Shown one piece after another: positions 28,662 through 37,633 of a stretch of 64,000 nucleotides of DNA. The position numbers were made by a program, and so were the translations under genes. The notes beneath the pieces were generated by a model. That model was not told where the DNA came from, made no database searches, and worked only from the letters and a program-made list of their open reading frames with translations. The DNA is taken from positions 1,952,001 to 2,016,000 of the forward strand of contig CAXXMB010000002.1 of assembly GCA_963668675.2 (NCBI GenBank), written 5' to 3'. The first letter of the stretch is position 1. The number at the start of each line of letters is the position of its first letter. This DNA is from an uncultured Desulfatitalea sp. Its GTDB lineage: Bacteria; Desulfobacterota; Desulfobacteria; Desulfobacterales; Desulfosarcinaceae.

Positions 28662-29546
28662 ATGAATAATTTGCGCATACCCCAGCATTTTCATTACATC
28701 ATTCCAATTATTGAGGTTTTAAAGGAGCTTGGCGGCTCGGGCAGAGCAGGTGAGGTCACAGATCTTGTCACTGAAAAGCTTAACATCCCAGATGAAGAGA
28801 TCGAGGAAACGATTTCGTCTGGACAATCCAGGATAAAAAACCAGATTCAATGGGCAAGGTTCATGCTCGTTAAAACGGGATATTTGGATTCATCGACTCG
28901 CGGGGTATGGTCACTCACGGAAAAAGGGCTTAAATCCGATCTCAAAGATAGTGATTTGCTGGATTTATATGAAGTGCGAAAGAACTGGTCGAAGGAGGCA
29001 AGACTAAAACGAAAAAGCAAAGCTATCGACGATGATAACGATGCCGAGATCATTCCAGATGATGAAGAGGATATTTCAAGTGACCAGATCGATTATAGGG
29101 CAGAACTTTTAAATACGCTTAAGGGATTATCACCAGCCGGATTTGAACGAATTTGTCAAAGGTTGCTCCGAGAATCAGGATTCGAACAAGTAACTGTTAC
29201 CGGACGCTCAGGTGATGGTGGTATTGATGGAATAGGATTACTTCAGGTCAATCCGTTTGTAAGTTTCAAGGTGTTGTTCCAATGCAAACGTTTTAAAGAA
29301 ACTGTAGGGGCACCAGTGGTGAGAGATTTCAGAGGCGCTATGATGGGAAGGGCAGATAAAGGGATAATAATGACAACTGGAACCTTTACCCAAAATGCCA
29401 AACGTGAAGCGCGTCGAGATGGTGTAACACCGATTGAATTGGTCGATGGTGAAAAATTGGTCGAGATGTTCGAAATGTATGAGCTCGGATTAAAACCGGT
29501 TAAGACTTATGAGATGGATTATCAGTTTTTTGAGGAGTTTGAATAA
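28662..29546 (+). CDS. mrr: Mrr type IV restriction endonuclease
   Basis: Mrr N-terminal winged helix (NQIQWAR...RGVWSLTEKG); catalytic GDGGIDG...QCKR, IELVDGEKL. Confidence 0.92.
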   Translation: MNNLRIPQHFHYIIPIIEVLKELGGSGRAGEVTDLVTEKLNIPDEEIEETISSGQSRIKNQIQWARFMLVKTGYLDSSTRGVWSLTEKGLKSDLKDSDLLDLYEVRKNWSKEARLKRKSKAIDDDNDAEIIPDDEEDISSDQIDYRAELLNTLKGLSPAGFERICQRLLRESGFEQVTVTGRSGDGGIDGIGLLQVNPFVSFKVLFQCKRFKETVGAPVVRDFRGAMMGRADKGIIMTTGTFTQNAKREARRDGVTPIELVDGEKLVEMFEMYELGLKPVKTYEMDYQFFEEFE

Positions 29547-29612
29547 AAGCAATATCGTACCGCTTGAGTCGTCGTCATAATCATGGAGAAATCAACTCGC
29601 AGTTACGTTCTG

Positions 29613-30146
29613 TTATTTTACCCCAGAAGGTGAAAATCTTATTCCAAGCTCCACAAATGGCCTTGATAACCCGGAAGGGTGTCTTGGAAATGGTACTGCG
29701 TTTTTAACCGCAGAATAAGCCGATTGGTTGAACATTTCATCGTCTGATGGATCCACCAACTCAATATCTTTCAACTTACCATCAGGTAACACTTTAAAAA
29801 CGATTCCAGCGTTAAGATCTCTTCCTCCTGCTAACCGTTCATCATAGGACCATTCTTGTTGAACTTTGTAGGCAATTTTCAAGCGGTAAGCATCAACATT
29901 GGCAGATTTTTCGTAGCCCTGTTTTAATTTGTTTGTATTTTTAGATATTTTGATCACTTCAGCAATATTACTTTTTTGATATCCTACCGTTGCTCCGTAT
30001 TGTCGGCATATTATCAAATCGCCTTGCTCCCAACATTTCTCGGATTCAACTCGATGTCCATTTTTCAGTACGATACTATCCGCGAATATGATAGCTGGTG
30101 CAACGACAACTGAAATTATAGTTGAAAGTATTAGCAATAGTCTCAT
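29613..30146 (-). CDS. Secreted protein with TonB/TolA C-terminal domain
   Basis: Signal peptide; KVQQEW...FKVLPDG...SDDEMFNQSAYSAV..A.PFP. Confidence 0.75.
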   Translation of the reverse strand: MRLLLILSTIISVVVAPAIIFADSIVLKNGHRVESEKCWEQGDLIICRQYGATVGYQKSNIAEVIKISKNTNKLKQGYEKSANVDAYRLKIAYKVQQEWSYDERLAGGRDLNAGIVFKVLPDGKLKDIELVDPSDDEMFNQSAYSAVKNAVPFPRHPSGLSRPFVELGIRFSPSGVK

Positions 30147-30227
30147 TATTTACCCTGTGCTGAAATTAACGATTTATCGAACAGATCAATTTATTATCAT
30201 TATTGCAAATCAGGCTCAATAAAACAG

Positions 30228-30386
30228 ATGCTCCCCAAACTCATCGGCATCATATTCGGCATCCTGGCAGTCGGCGTCTTAGCCTGGAAATTTAGGGAAA
30301 CGCCACTTTGTCGACCGTGAATCATGTTGCCCTTTGGCCTGGGCGTCGGGTACGCTGTGTATTGGGTGGTGAGGAGGATAGTTTGA
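30228..30386 (+). CDS. 52-aa two-helix membrane microprotein with CxxU motif, copy 2 (putative selenoprotein)
   Basis: MLPKLIGIIFGILAVGVLAWKFRETPLCRP-TGA-IMLPFGLGVGYAVYWVVRRIV; internal TGA 30318-30320. Confidence 0.7.
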
Positions 30387-30523
30387 GATCAGTTTCCAAT
30401 GATTGGACATAGCTCAACATCTCCGTAAATCTACCATAAAAGTTGACGGCTTTTTGTTCCTTTTAACGGATTTAAACGGTCAAAAAAGGCAATAAAATCA
30501 GGCGGGATTCGCGCCGGCGCGAT

Positions 30524-30537
30524 CTCTCACGCCGGTA
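30524..30537 (+). repeat. 14-bp tRNA-Glu anticodon-arm match (att-like), inverted relative to the tRNA gene
   Basis: CTCTCACGCCGGTA is the reverse complement of 33110-33123. Confidence 0.6.
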
Positions 30538-30615
30538 GAGGTTCCTACTGTGATTCTGTGATCTACCATATCAAATGTGGTCCATTCGTAGAATACAATT
30601 TCTAATATGCCGGAG

Positions 30616-31248
30616 TCAGCCTTTGATATCATATACGCTAACTCTAAAATTATTTGGCGTATGAAGAGATATATAATGATCCTCATCTTCCGTCCGTTCT
30701 CTAATCAGGATATTTGAATTGATGTTACTCTTTTGGGTTGTAGAATCAGTAATAATCCGAAGAACAGGCAATTCTCCATACGATTTTCTCTCCAGAGTAT
30801 TAAGTCCATCATATTTGCAGGGCGTCAAGATGAACTGCGAAAATGTTATTCCTTCAACGCCCCAGACTGTTGCTTTTAGCAATACTTTTGATACTGGTAT
30901 TTTAAAAATTGGAGACCGGTCTATACCACTTCCTTGATGTGTGAAGATGATCTTGTTCAACACAATTCCAGCCATTGATTCACTGATCATCAATTCGAAG
31001 TCAGATTCTGAAACACTGCTATCTACGAATGCTGACTTGTTCACCCCAAAATAGTTAGCAACTCCATCTAATTTATTATGTGGTATTCCTCGCTGTTGCC
31101 ATTTTATTATGGTTGCCTCGGAGGTGTCGAATTCATTGGCAAGGTCCTTTCTCCGCCATGTTTTAATATTACGGGCTTTTCTAAGCCTCTCACCGCTTAA
31201 GTTTTTACTCGTCAAAGGCTTTTTGTCCACGTTTGTCCACCTATACAA
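30616..31248 (-). CDS. XRE-type helix-turn-helix regulator with unknown C-terminal domain
   Basis: GERLRKAR....RKDLA..FDTSEATIIKWQQRGIP...VANYFGV; divergent from the xis/int genes. Confidence 0.7.
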   Translation of the reverse strand: MYRWTNVDKKPLTSKNLSGERLRKARNIKTWRRKDLANEFDTSEATIIKWQQRGIPHNKLDGVANYFGVNKSAFVDSSVSESDFELMISESMAGIVLNKIIFTHQGSGIDRSPIFKIPVSKVLLKATVWGVEGITFSQFILTPCKYDGLNTLERKSYGELPVLRIITDSTTQKSNINSNILIRERTEDEDHYISLHTPNNFRVSVYDIKG

Positions 31249-31315
31249 CCCATAAATATTATTCTATTTTTTGATCATATCAAAGAACTCAATTTCATTC
31301 AAGGAGGTATGATCA

Positions 31316-31750
31316 ATGTCGCTATTAAGTGATGGTGTTTTTTCAAGTGTTTCGTTCTATGGATGTGGTGATTTTCAGTTCGATTGTATTTCGCACGCAC
31401 ACAAAATTCTTCTAAAAAGCATAACCAAGAGGCAAAGAGCTAAATTCAAAAAACAGGGTACGATTCCATTACAGCTACTGAAAGTGCTTTGGGACCTGGG
31501 ATGGATTCCCGGAGATACTGCACCTGGAATGGGTATGAATATTAAGTTGTTGTTGAATTTATTACAAAGTGGGCCTTTCAGAAACGCAAGGCAACAAGCG
31601 CGATGTTCCTGGCTGTATGAAAAAATTGTGAAAGAGGAGCTAATGTCAAAGCCCAAATGGTTAGTTTCCAGCCGCGAGCTTTACTTAAATGTAGGAAAGA
31701 AATGCGTTCCGCTCTCCGAAATTAGGAAACACCCGGGGACTATTGTGTAA
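31316..31750 (+). CDS. Hypothetical protein
   Basis: AAGGAGG RBS; 144-aa ORF co-oriented with xis-int. Confidence 0.65.
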   Translation: MSLLSDGVFSSVSFYGCGDFQFDCISHAHKILLKSITKRQRAKFKKQGTIPLQLLKVLWDLGWIPGDTAPGMGMNIKLLLNLLQSGPFRNARQQARCSWLYEKIVKEELMSKPKWLVSSRELYLNVGKKCVPLSEIRKHPGTIV

Positions 31751-31752
31751 CT

Positions 31753-31986
31753 ATGAGAACCAACAGCCCGGCCAGCGATACTATGAACAGCTATTTAACC
31801 CAGAAGGAAGCCGCCTCATATTTAAAAGTCGCAAAAAGCACAATATCGATGATGACATCAAGAGGAGAATTAACGCATTACCGCATTGGTAGATCTGTCA
31901 GATATAAGCGTGATGACCTTGACAAGTTTATGCTTTCCCGTAAAATATCGGGATCGTATGAAGAATTGGGTCGGAAAGCGAGGTGA
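31753..31986 (+). CDS. Excisionase-like HTH DNA-binding protein
   Basis: YLTQKEAASYLKV..STI......GEL..YRIGRSVRY.RDDLDKF. Confidence 0.88.
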   Translation: MRTNSPASDTMNSYLTQKEAASYLKVAKSTISMMTSRGELTHYRIGRSVRYKRDDLDKFMLSRKISGSYEELGRKAR

Positions 31987-33017
31987 AAATGGGAATTTAT
32001 CGACCCAAGAAAAGCAAATATTATTGGATTGACTTTTATTACAAGGGAGTACGCTACAGAGAATCGTCTGAGAGCCCGAGAAAGAGAGATGCGGAGCTGC
32101 TCTTAGCAAAACGAAAATGTGAGGTCCGTGAAGGAAAGTTTCGTCCCGCGCCTATTACCAAGGAACCAACATTGTCTGAATTCATGCCAAGGTATTTTGA
32201 ATGGGCAAAGGATCATAAAAAAGCGTCTACCATTGAACGCAATCACCAGTTTCTGAATCACCTGACGCCTAAGTTCGGAATGGTACCTTTGTCGCACATC
32301 AGCATTTGTGGTGTGGATGAATATAAAAAGGTCCGACTGAGCGAAAAGGCGTCAAACGCTACCATTAATAGGGAACGAAGCTTTTTAAAAGCGGTTCTTA
32401 ACAGAGCCGTCAAATGGGGGGTAATAGACAAGAACCCAATTCAAAGCATGGAATCGTTGCCGGAACAGCATCTTTTTAACAGGTATCTTTCTGTCGATGA
32501 GACTTTGGCTTTAATCGAATCATGTGAGGCTCACATCAAGCCAATGATCATAACTGCAGTTTATACCGGGCTACGTTGGGGTAATGTTCGGCTATTGAGA
32601 TGGGATGAGGTCGATCCTGAAAATTCGATCATCAATCTGAAGGCGTCAAAGACCTCCGAATTAGTTTATCCACTTCCTGACCCAGTTAAAGAAGAATTAG
32701 TGAAAATCCCTCGAAATGGTAACCCTTATGTTTTCGTTAATCCTGAAACATGCAAACCGTGGGCGAATTTACGGATGGCTTTCAACAGAGCGAAAAAGAA
32801 GGCTGGAATCACCAGGCCCTTCCGATTTCATGACCTGAGGCATTCATTCGCATCCAATCTCGTTATGGCGGGTCAGGATTTGAAGACAGTGCAGGAACTA
32901 CTGGGACACCGATGTATCACGACAACACTAAGATATGTCCATTTGAACATATCGCACAAGAAGAGAGCGATTGATGGGCTATTCCAGAAAAGGAATACCG
33001 CTCCCAGCGCTCCCTAA
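31983..33017 (+). CDS. int: Tyrosine recombinase / phage integrase
   Basis: TGLRWG, FHDLRHSFAS, LLGH, TTLRYVH catalytic motifs; adjacent to tRNA 3' end. Confidence 0.95.
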   Translation: MKMGIYRPKKSKYYWIDFYYKGVRYRESSESPRKRDAELLLAKRKCEVREGKFRPAPITKEPTLSEFMPRYFEWAKDHKKASTIERNHQFLNHLTPKFGMVPLSHISICGVDEYKKVRLSEKASNATINRERSFLKAVLNRAVKWGVIDKNPIQSMESLPEQHLFNRYLSVDETLALIESCEAHIKPMIITAVYTGLRWGNVRLLRWDEVDPENSIINLKASKTSELVYPLPDPVKEELVKIPRNGNPYVFVNPETCKPWANLRMAFNRAKKKAGITRPFRFHDLRHSFASNLVMAGQDLKTVQELLGHRCITTTLRYVHLNISHKKRAIDGLFQKRNTAPSAP

Positions 33018-33079
33018 AAAATGAGCGGCAAGATAGTCATACTTTTCACCATACCTTGCCACTCATTGTTTGTAAGTAT

Positions 33080-33154
33080 TGGTGATCCCAAGGGGACTTG
33101 AACCCCTGTTACCGGCGTGAGAGGCCGGTGTCCTAACCGCTAGACGATGGGACC
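33080..33154 (-). tRNA. tRNA-Glu(CTC)
   Basis: 75-nt cloverleaf GGTCCCA...CCGGC-CTCTCAC-GCCGG...AGGGG-TTCAAGT-CCCCT-TGGGATC-ACCA. Confidence 0.96.
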
Positions 33155-33239
33155 ACTGATACAAAATGTAGTGCGTGCAATATAGAATGGCCGCTGATTT
33201 GTCAACCTAAATAAGGTCGCATTCGTCCTGTACTCGTTG

Positions 33240-33452
33240 TCACGGGCTGTCGTCACCCCTCTTTTTGGTGCCCCGGCGGACGCCGACGCTGAAATAGATG
33301 ATGGGTCCGGCAAAGGGGATCAGGGCCACGAAGGCCCAGGCGGCCTTTTTTTCGATGCCGCCGAAATCCTTTCGGGCGATGTCGACGATGGCCCAGACGG
33401 TAAGCAGGTAAAAAGCGACGCCGCAAAGGACGATCCATTCGGCCGCGTTCAT
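33240..33452 (-). CDS. PLDc N-terminal-domain small membrane protein
   Basis: WAIVDIARKDF....K.AW...ALIPFAGPIIYF. Confidence 0.8.
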   Translation of the reverse strand: MNAAEWIVLCGVAFYLLTVWAIVDIARKDFGGIEKKAAWAFVALIPFAGPIIYFSVGVRRGTKKRGDDSP

Positions 33453-33458
33453 CTCGGC

Positions 33459-34340
33459 TTACCCTTCCAGCAGGTCGCTGATTTTGAGGATGGTGTTCAC
33501 GTAGTACTTGCTGTGGTTGTAGTGGTAGACGACTTTGAAGGCCTGGTCGCGGTCGAGGCCCGGTTTCCAGCCATAGTGCTTGAGGTAGCTGGCGATGCTG
33601 AAGATGGCGTCGCTGTCTTCAAAAAGGTCGATACGGCCGTCGCCGTTGCCGTCTTTACCGTAGGCCAGGATGTTGCTTGGCATGAACTGGGCGATGCCCA
33701 GGGCACCGGCATAGGAGCCGACCACCGATATGGCATCGACCTTGTGCAGTTCGGTGTAGGTGAGGAACGCTTTGAGCTCCCGGTAGGCCCAGTCCGATTT
33801 GCTGTCCGCCTTTTTGTCGTAGGCGGTGCGGTCGTATCGGGTCTTGCGGTTCAACTGATCGTAGAGATACTCCCGGGGGGCGGCTTCGGTGAGGGCCGAC
33901 ATGGTCGAGAGGGTGTTGATGATCGATCGCTTGCCCAGGTAGCGGCCGAACTTGGTCTCCACCAGGATGATGGCCGTAATCACCTTGGGGTCGACGCCGA
34001 ACTTCTGCTCGGCGGTGGCAAGGGTCTGTTCGTGCTCTTTCATGTAAGCACGGGCTTCGTTGATCCAGGTGCGCCGGGTCATCTTGTTGTAGTCGAGTTT
34101 GGCTTCGTTGTGTTGAAAATAGGCGGCCACGCCGCGGGCTTCGAAGGCGACCTCATCGCTCTGGTAGAGTTGGTGGATACGTTTGGCGTCAAAGCCGTCG
34201 GCGATGAGCCGTTTCTGAAGGGTGTCGAAAAAAGCGGCGGCCGTGTCATCCGCCCCGGCAGCACCGGTGGCGGCCAGGCAACAAATGAGGGTGATTGCCG
34301 CGATGATCGTTTGCCGAAAAGGGGGGATTGTTCTATTCAT
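33459..34340 (-). CDS. mltB: Lytic murein transglycosylase, MltB family
   Basis: AIILVETKFG, GSYAGALGIAQFMPS, DGNGDGRIDLF, YNHSKYYV; start moved to MNRTIPP. Confidence 0.88.
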   Translation of the reverse strand: MNRTIPPFRQTIIAAITLICCLAATGAAGADDTAAAFFDTLQKRLIADGFDAKRIHQLYQSDEVAFEARGVAAYFQHNEAKLDYNKMTRRTWINEARAYMKEHEQTLATAEQKFGVDPKVITAIILVETKFGRYLGKRSIINTLSTMSALTEAAPREYLYDQLNRKTRYDRTAYDKKADSKSDWAYRELKAFLTYTELHKVDAISVVGSYAGALGIAQFMPSNILAYGKDGNGDGRIDLFEDSDAIFSIASYLKHYGWKPGLDRDQAFKVVYHYNHSKYYVNTILKISDLLEG

Positions 34341-34511
34341 AGGACATGCTCGTATGGCTGGCCCGCAGGCGTTGTTGTCACGAATTCGGCCCCTCGGGCC
34401 GCGCTTGATAGGGCTACCATGACATGGTATGGTGCGGGCTGTCAATTGGTAATCCTGTGATTCTTCGAAGAAAACGAGCAATTTAAGCCGGTTGCCGGCA
34501 GGAGTCGGGCG

Positions 34512-35885
34512 ATGGCCAAACGGGCCGCCAAAACCATCTATAGCTGCCAGGCGTGCGGCCATCAATCGCCCAAATGGCTGGGCAAGTGCCCTGATTGCGG
34601 GCAGTGGGACAGCTTTGTTGAAGAGGCGCACTCAGGGACCGAAAAGAGCGGACCGCTGCGAGGCATCTCAACACAGGTAAAAGCCAAGCCGGTGCCCATA
34701 GATGAGGTGACCCTCGAGGACCAGGCGCGCCTCTCCACCCAAATCGCGGAACTGGATCGGGTGCTGGGCGGCGGGCTGGTGACCGGCTCGCTGGTGCTCA
34801 TCGGCGGCGACCCGGGCATCGGCAAATCGACTTTGATGCTGCAAGCCCTGCATGGTATGGCGTCCGGGCCATCCACGGTGCTCTATGTCTCCGGCGAAGA
34901 GTCAGTCCAGCAGCTTCGCCTGCGCAGCCAACGGCTGGGGGCCGGTGCGTCACGCCTGCTGGTGGTCTCCGAAATCGATCTGGACGCCATCTTGAAAATG
35001 GTCGCAGACCTACGCCCCGACGTGTTGGTGATCGACTCGATCCAAACCATGTACAGCAGTGATCTGACTTCGGCGCCGGGCAGCGTCAGCCAGGTGCGCG
35101 ACTCGGCCATGCGGCTGATGCTCAATGCCAAAAAGAGCGGCATCCCCACCCTGCTGGTGGGGCATGTGACCAAGGAGGGCGCCATTGCCGGGCCCAAACT
35201 GCTCGAACACATGGTCGACACGGTGCTCTACTTCGAGGGGGACCGCAACCACGTCTTTCGCATCCTGCGCGCCGTCAAGAACCGCTTCGGCTCGACCAAC
35301 GAGATCGGTGTGTTCGAGATGCAGGCCGGTGGTCTGATCGAGGTGCCCAACCCCTCGGCGGTCTTTCTCTCCGAGCGGCCCGACCATGCGGCCGGTTCGG
35401 TGGTGACAGCCACCATGGAGGGCACGCGCCCCATCCTGGTCGAGCTGCAGGCGCTGGCCAGCAGCACCAACCTGGGAACGGCACGGCGAACGGTGCTGGG
35501 GCTCGATCCTCAGCGGGTGGCACTGCTGGTGGCGGTGATGGAGAAGAAGCTGGGCATGCACCTGTTCGGTCACGACATCTTCATGAATGTGGCCGGCGGG
35601 GTGAAGATCGAAGAGCCGGCCGTGGACCTGGCAGTGCTGGCGGCCATTGCGTCGAGCTTTCTGGACAAGGCGTTGACCGGCGAGACGCTGGTGCTGGGCG
35701 AGGTGGGCCTCGCCGGAGAGGTGCGCGCCATTGGCAATATGGGCGCCCGATTGTCCGAGGCTCACAAGATGGGCTTCAACCGCTGTGTCGCTCCCAACAG
35801 CAGTTTAAAACGCGTCGAGGCTCCCGCGGAAGTCGAATTGATTGGAGTGAACACGGTAGAAGCGGCCATGGAGGCCCTGTTTTGA
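34512..35885 (+). CDS. radA: DNA repair protein RadA/Sms
   Basis: C4 zinc finger, GDPGIGKST, KNRFG. Confidence 0.97.
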   Translation: MAKRAAKTIYSCQACGHQSPKWLGKCPDCGQWDSFVEEAHSGTEKSGPLRGISTQVKAKPVPIDEVTLEDQARLSTQIAELDRVLGGGLVTGSLVLIGGDPGIGKSTLMLQALHGMASGPSTVLYVSGEESVQQLRLRSQRLGAGASRLLVVSEIDLDAILKMVADLRPDVLVIDSIQTMYSSDLTSAPGSVSQVRDSAMRLMLNAKKSGIPTLLVGHVTKEGAIAGPKLLEHMVDTVLYFEGDRNHVFRILRAVKNRFGSTNEIGVFEMQAGGLIEVPNPSAVFLSERPDHAAGSVVTATMEGTRPILVELQALASSTNLGTARRTVLGLDPQRVALLVAVMEKKLGMHLFGHDIFMNVAGGVKIEEPAVDLAVLAAIASSFLDKALTGETLVLGEVGLAGEVRAIGNMGARLSEAHKMGFNRCVAPNSSLKRVEAPAEVELIGVNTVEAAMEALF

Positions 35886-35927
35886 AGCAACATCGGGACA
35901 CAATTGACTTGCTCCGGGTATAATACT

Positions 35928-36542
35928 ATGAAGCGTAAAAAGTGTGCACCGTGCGGACGGAAAAACCAGTGGGAGGACCATTTCACCCGTCGCGCCAAAA
36001 AAGAGAACTATCCGGCCCGCTCGGTGTATAAGCTCGAGGAGATCCAGAAGAAACACCACATCATCCGCAAGGGCGACCGCATTCTGGACCTGGGCTGCTC
36101 ACCGGGATCGTGGCTGCTGTTTGCCGCCAAAGAGACCGGCAGCGGCGGCAAGGTGGTGGGTGTGGATCTGAAGCCGGTCAAGGAGCGCCTGCCCGGCAAT
36201 GTGCAGACCATCGTGGGCGATATTTACGAACTGGGTCAGGATGCGGGCGCGTCTATGGGCAGTGGGTTCGAGGTCGTATTGAGCGACATGGCACCCCAGA
36301 CCACCGGCCACAAGTTCAGCGATGCGGTGCGCTCGCTCGAGTTGTGCCGGACAGCACTCTCGGTGGCCGACGAGCTGCTGAGCCCCGGCGGCCGCTTCGT
36401 GTGTAAAATTTTCCAGGGCGAGGACTTCAAACGATTTTGTGATGACGTCAAAGCGCGGTACGACCGCATGCAGATATTCAAACCCCAAAGCAGTCGCAAA
36501 GCCAGCCCGGAGATCTTTGTCATCGGCCTGGGCAAAAAGTAG
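35928..36542 (+). CDS. rlmE: 23S rRNA Um2552 methyltransferase RlmE/FtsJ
   Basis: ARSVYKLEEI, DLGCSPGSW, LSDMAP, KPQSSRKAS. Confidence 0.93.
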   Translation: MKRKKCAPCGRKNQWEDHFTRRAKKENYPARSVYKLEEIQKKHHIIRKGDRILDLGCSPGSWLLFAAKETGSGGKVVGVDLKPVKERLPGNVQTIVGDIYELGQDAGASMGSGFEVVLSDMAPQTTGHKFSDAVRSLELCRTALSVADELLSPGGRFVCKIFQGEDFKRFCDDVKARYDRMQIFKPQSSRKASPEIFVIGLGKK

Positions 36543-36554
36543 GAGGTAGGAGAC

Positions 36555-37298
36555 ATGTCAGGTCACAGCAAATGGGCCAACATCAAGCATAAAAAAGGCG
36601 CGGCCGATGCCAGACGCGGCAAGGTATTCACCAAACTGATCAAGGAGATCACCGTGGCCGCCCGTTTTGGCGGTGGCGACCCCAACGCCAACCCGCGCCT
36701 GCGGGCGGCGATCCTCGCGGCCAAAGCGGAAAACATGCCCAAAGACAATATGGAACGGGCCATCAAAAAAGGCACGGGCGAACTGGAAGGTGTGAACTAT
36801 GAAGAAAACACCTACGAAGGCTATGGACCCGGCGGTGTGGCCATTTTGATCGATTCGCTGAGCGACAACAAAAACCGGGCGGTTTCGGAGATTCGCCACG
36901 CCCTGTCTAAACACGGCGGCAATATGGGCGAAAACGGATGCGTGGCCTGGATGTTCGACAAAAAAGGATACCTTGTCATTGAAAAGGGCGCCGCGGATGA
37001 AGATCTCCTGATGGAGCTCGCTCTGGAAGCCGGTGCGGAAGATGTGCGTGACGACGGCGACAATTTTGAAGTGATCTGCGACCCGGAAAACTTTGAAGAT
37101 GTCAAGAGCGCCATAGACGGCAAGGAGATCCCCTGCGTGGCGGCCGAAGTGACCATGGTGCCCCAGAACCTGACGCCGGTGGAGGGCGATACGGCCCAGA
37201 AACTGATCCGCCTGATCGATGCCCTGGAAGATTGCGACGACGTGCAGCAGGTGTACAACAACGCCGATCTGCCCGACGATTTCATGGATGAAGCGTAG
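36555..37298 (+). CDS. yebC: YebC/PmpR family protein
   Basis: [29 protein letters not shown]. Confidence 0.96.
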   Translation: MSGHSKWANIKHKKGAADARRGKVFTKLIKEITVAARFGGGDPNANPRLRAAILAAKAENMPKDNMERAIKKGTGELEGVNYEENTYEGYGPGGVAILIDSLSDNKNRAVSEIRHALSKHGGNMGENGCVAWMFDKKGYLVIEKGAADEDLLMELALEAGAEDVRDDGDNFEVICDPENFEDVKSAIDGKEIPCVAAEVTMVPQNLTPVEGDTAQKLIRLIDALEDCDDVQQVYNNADLPDDFMDEA

Positions 37299-37303
37299 AC
37301 GGA

Positions 37304-37411
37304 TTCCCCCCTTTTCCGCAAGGGGACCAGGGGGGCTTTTGGCTGCATCAGATTGCTCTGCAGTGCACAAGAAATTCCCTAAAACCCCCCTTGGAAAAGG
37401 GGGGTTTTTTT
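37304..37411. repeat. G/C-tract palindromic intergenic repeat (terminator-like)
   Basis: TCCCCCT..AAGGGGA and AAAACCCCCC-TTGGAAAA-GGGGGGTTTT stems; similar element near 45960-46067. Confidence 0.55.
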
Positions 37412-37633
37412 ACCGGCGCATCCTTTTGCGGGATCTCCACGACCGGCACTATCCCCCACCATCCAACAGCCCCTTTTACCCTTTGCATGCTCTGTGCTAT
37501 AAATTCTTACTATCCACTTGCATGGCGATATTCGGGCTGGCACCCTGCACCCGATAGCGCCGGGGGAAATTTGCACCCTTTAAATAGGTGGTTATAGTTG
37601 TCCTTTGAATTCCACTCCCAAAAAGGATTGCTC

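Larger units (their letters stand above)
25526..33123. mobile_element. Second accessory/island segment between the tRNA-Gln att fragment and tRNA-Glu
   Basis: IHF, Mrr, microprotein copy 2, tRNA-Glu core match, HTH-xis-int next to the tRNA; AT-rich. Confidence 0.6.

Noticed and set aside
30616..33017. Prophage or PICI-type satellite
   Set aside because: No primase/replication, terminase or structural genes; only regulator, unknown gene, xis and int.
33179..33205. tRNA-Glu promoter TTGACA...TATATT on the minus strand
   Set aside because: Plausible, but the spacer is 15 nt; not secure enough to list.
33237..34460. 407-aa plus-strand ORF, and similar long antisense ORFs at 38072-39331, 60036-61136 and 61538-62692
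   Set aside because: Shadow frames opposite well-supported genes in GC-rich DNA; no recognisable motifs.
35904..35924. Sigma70 promoter TTGACT...TATAAT before rlmE
   Set aside because: The spacer is only 9 nt, so these hexamers cannot pair as -35/-10.
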